Below are positions 62,866 to 64,000 of a stretch of DNA of 64,000 nucleotides, piece by piece; position 1 is the first letter of the stretch, and each line of letters begins with the position of its first letter. The position numbers were made by a program, and so were the translations under genes. The stretch spans positions 880,431-944,430 of the forward strand of contig CAWJSK010000012.1 of NCBI GenBank assembly GCA_963845535.1, in the 5' to 3' direction. Under the pieces are notes generated by a model, which saw only the letters and a program-made list of their open reading frames with translations, was not told where the DNA came from and did not search any database. This stretch comes from an uncultured Spirochaetota bacterium. Lineage in GTDB: Bacteria > Spirochaetota > Spirochaetia > SZUA-6 > Fen-1364.

Positions 62866-62982
62866 GCATAACATAGAGTTAAGCCGCCCTGCCGTCCGAA
62901 GCCCTGCAGCGGCTCAGTTTACCTTTCCCATGCCACACTACGCGCCGGCCGTCCCAGGGTCGGCTTCAACGACTTGTTATGC
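62866..62982 (-). other. attC site 5
   Basis: 117 bp; about 9 differences from attC 4. Confidence 0.92.
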
Positions 62983-63047
62983 CCACCAAATTCTTGAGGC
63001 GATATGATTGGACTGCAATGACCATTAACACCTGAGTCTGTGTATCC

Positions 63048-63560
63048 TTAGTGTTTCCAAACAAAAAAGAAGAATAGAAATGAGATAATGATGATGACCA
63101 AAATGATCACTGGCCTTGTCCAAGCCCCGGAAGACTTGTTGATAAATTGACTCTGATTCTTTGATATTAGTTCAATCAAGTTCTTGCGTTCAGATTCTTG
63201 AACTAGCCGAAGCGGAATGACACGTAGCATATTGTCTTGCATGTAGAGTATGACAACCTTTGAGTCTTTTCTCCATTTTTTCACAAAGTTCCACGGCAAA
63301 TGTGTTGTCGCAAACTCGTTTTCAAAATGAAATGTTTTGTCAGTAATCTGGATGGTGAAAGGGACATTTATATCTTGTCTGCCCATTGTGGTCTTTGCTT
63401 GTTGAGCGGGTATGATCTTTAGCCAGTAGAGAAAGATGAGACCAACAAAACCGATTCCCACAAGCAACTCCCAGGGGAACCTCCTGGTAATTGTGAGCAG
63501 AACAAACAGGCACGCAATCAGAAAGCCTATGATGGATACGAGGACAATTTGAGGCGCTTC
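63048..63560 (-). pseudogene. Cassette gene: YcxB-like membrane protein, 5' end cut by ISL3
   Basis: Frame open to about 63560 with two TM segments; LPW..VKKWR....ILY.....VIP pattern. Confidence 0.65.
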
Positions 63561-63561
63561 C

Positions 63562-64000
63562 GGGTTTCCTATGGGTCAAGACAGTAGAATAATGTAGTCT
63601 GATTTCATGCAAGACATCGAACTGTACACGAAACTGCTGGGAATACGGGCTCCCTGGAGCGTTACGGGCATTCAGGTCGGCCTGAAAGATCGTTCAGTGA
63701 CAATCAGCGTCGGCTACGACGAGTCGGTTCCTGTCGCATGTCCCGTTTGTGGTGGGCAAGCCTCGATCTACGACCATCAGAAGCGTCGGTGGCGGCACCT
63801 TGATACCATGCAGTTCAGGACAATCATCGAATGCGAGGTACCACGCGTTTTCTGTGAGGGCCACGGTGTGAAACAGCTGCCCGTTGCATGGGCGGAAGTC
63901 AAAGGTCATTTCACTGCCCTTTTTGAGGCACTGGTCATCAGTTGGCTCAAGGAAAGCTCGATTTCGGGAGTTGCCCAGCTACTGAAGCTCAGTTGGGACG
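63562..64000 (+). mobile_element. ISL3-family IS; transposase from ATG 63607, runs off the window
   Basis: LLGIRAPW, CPVCG, RRWRHLDT, PRVFCEGHGV, WAE and FTALFE motifs. Confidence 0.92.

Noticed and set aside
59309..62982. The repeats as a CRISPR array or REP elements
   Set aside because: The spacing is gene-sized, the repeats are about 117 bp with attC-type ends, and there are no cas genes.

Overview
GC-rich bacterial chromosome segment; Spirochaetota-like by gene repertoire, which is an inference. Positions 1-47.5 kb hold core and metabolic genes: a phoB-phoR-pstSCAB-phoU-ppx-ppk1 cluster with a Pho-box array, tag, nudC, a sigma54-type hsp20, rhaB, ddl, a ChvGI/CreBC-like two-component system divergent from creD, parE/parC, and a GH127 sugar ABC cluster. 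The standout locus (24.3-28.9 kb) is a translationally coupled operon. In it, a 541-aa signal-peptide, single-TM protein ends in nine Cys at 4-residue spacing (ACHS repeats) and is coupled to an RRE-like/radical SAM/SPASM enzyme. This is a candidate membrane-tethered RiPP-like or protein-modification system. Positions 47.5-64 kb are a lower-GC accessory region: decayed small genes, a nested IS256/RIT/IS5 wreck, and the distal end of a minus-strand integron cassette array. The array has 5 attC sites and two TA cassettes, each complete cassette is bounded by its own extended inverted repeat, and a 2325-bp DDE IS sits inside the last attC with a 5-bp target duplication. An ISL3 starts at the right edge. 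Three frameshifts in otherwise intact genes suggest possible assembly indels.
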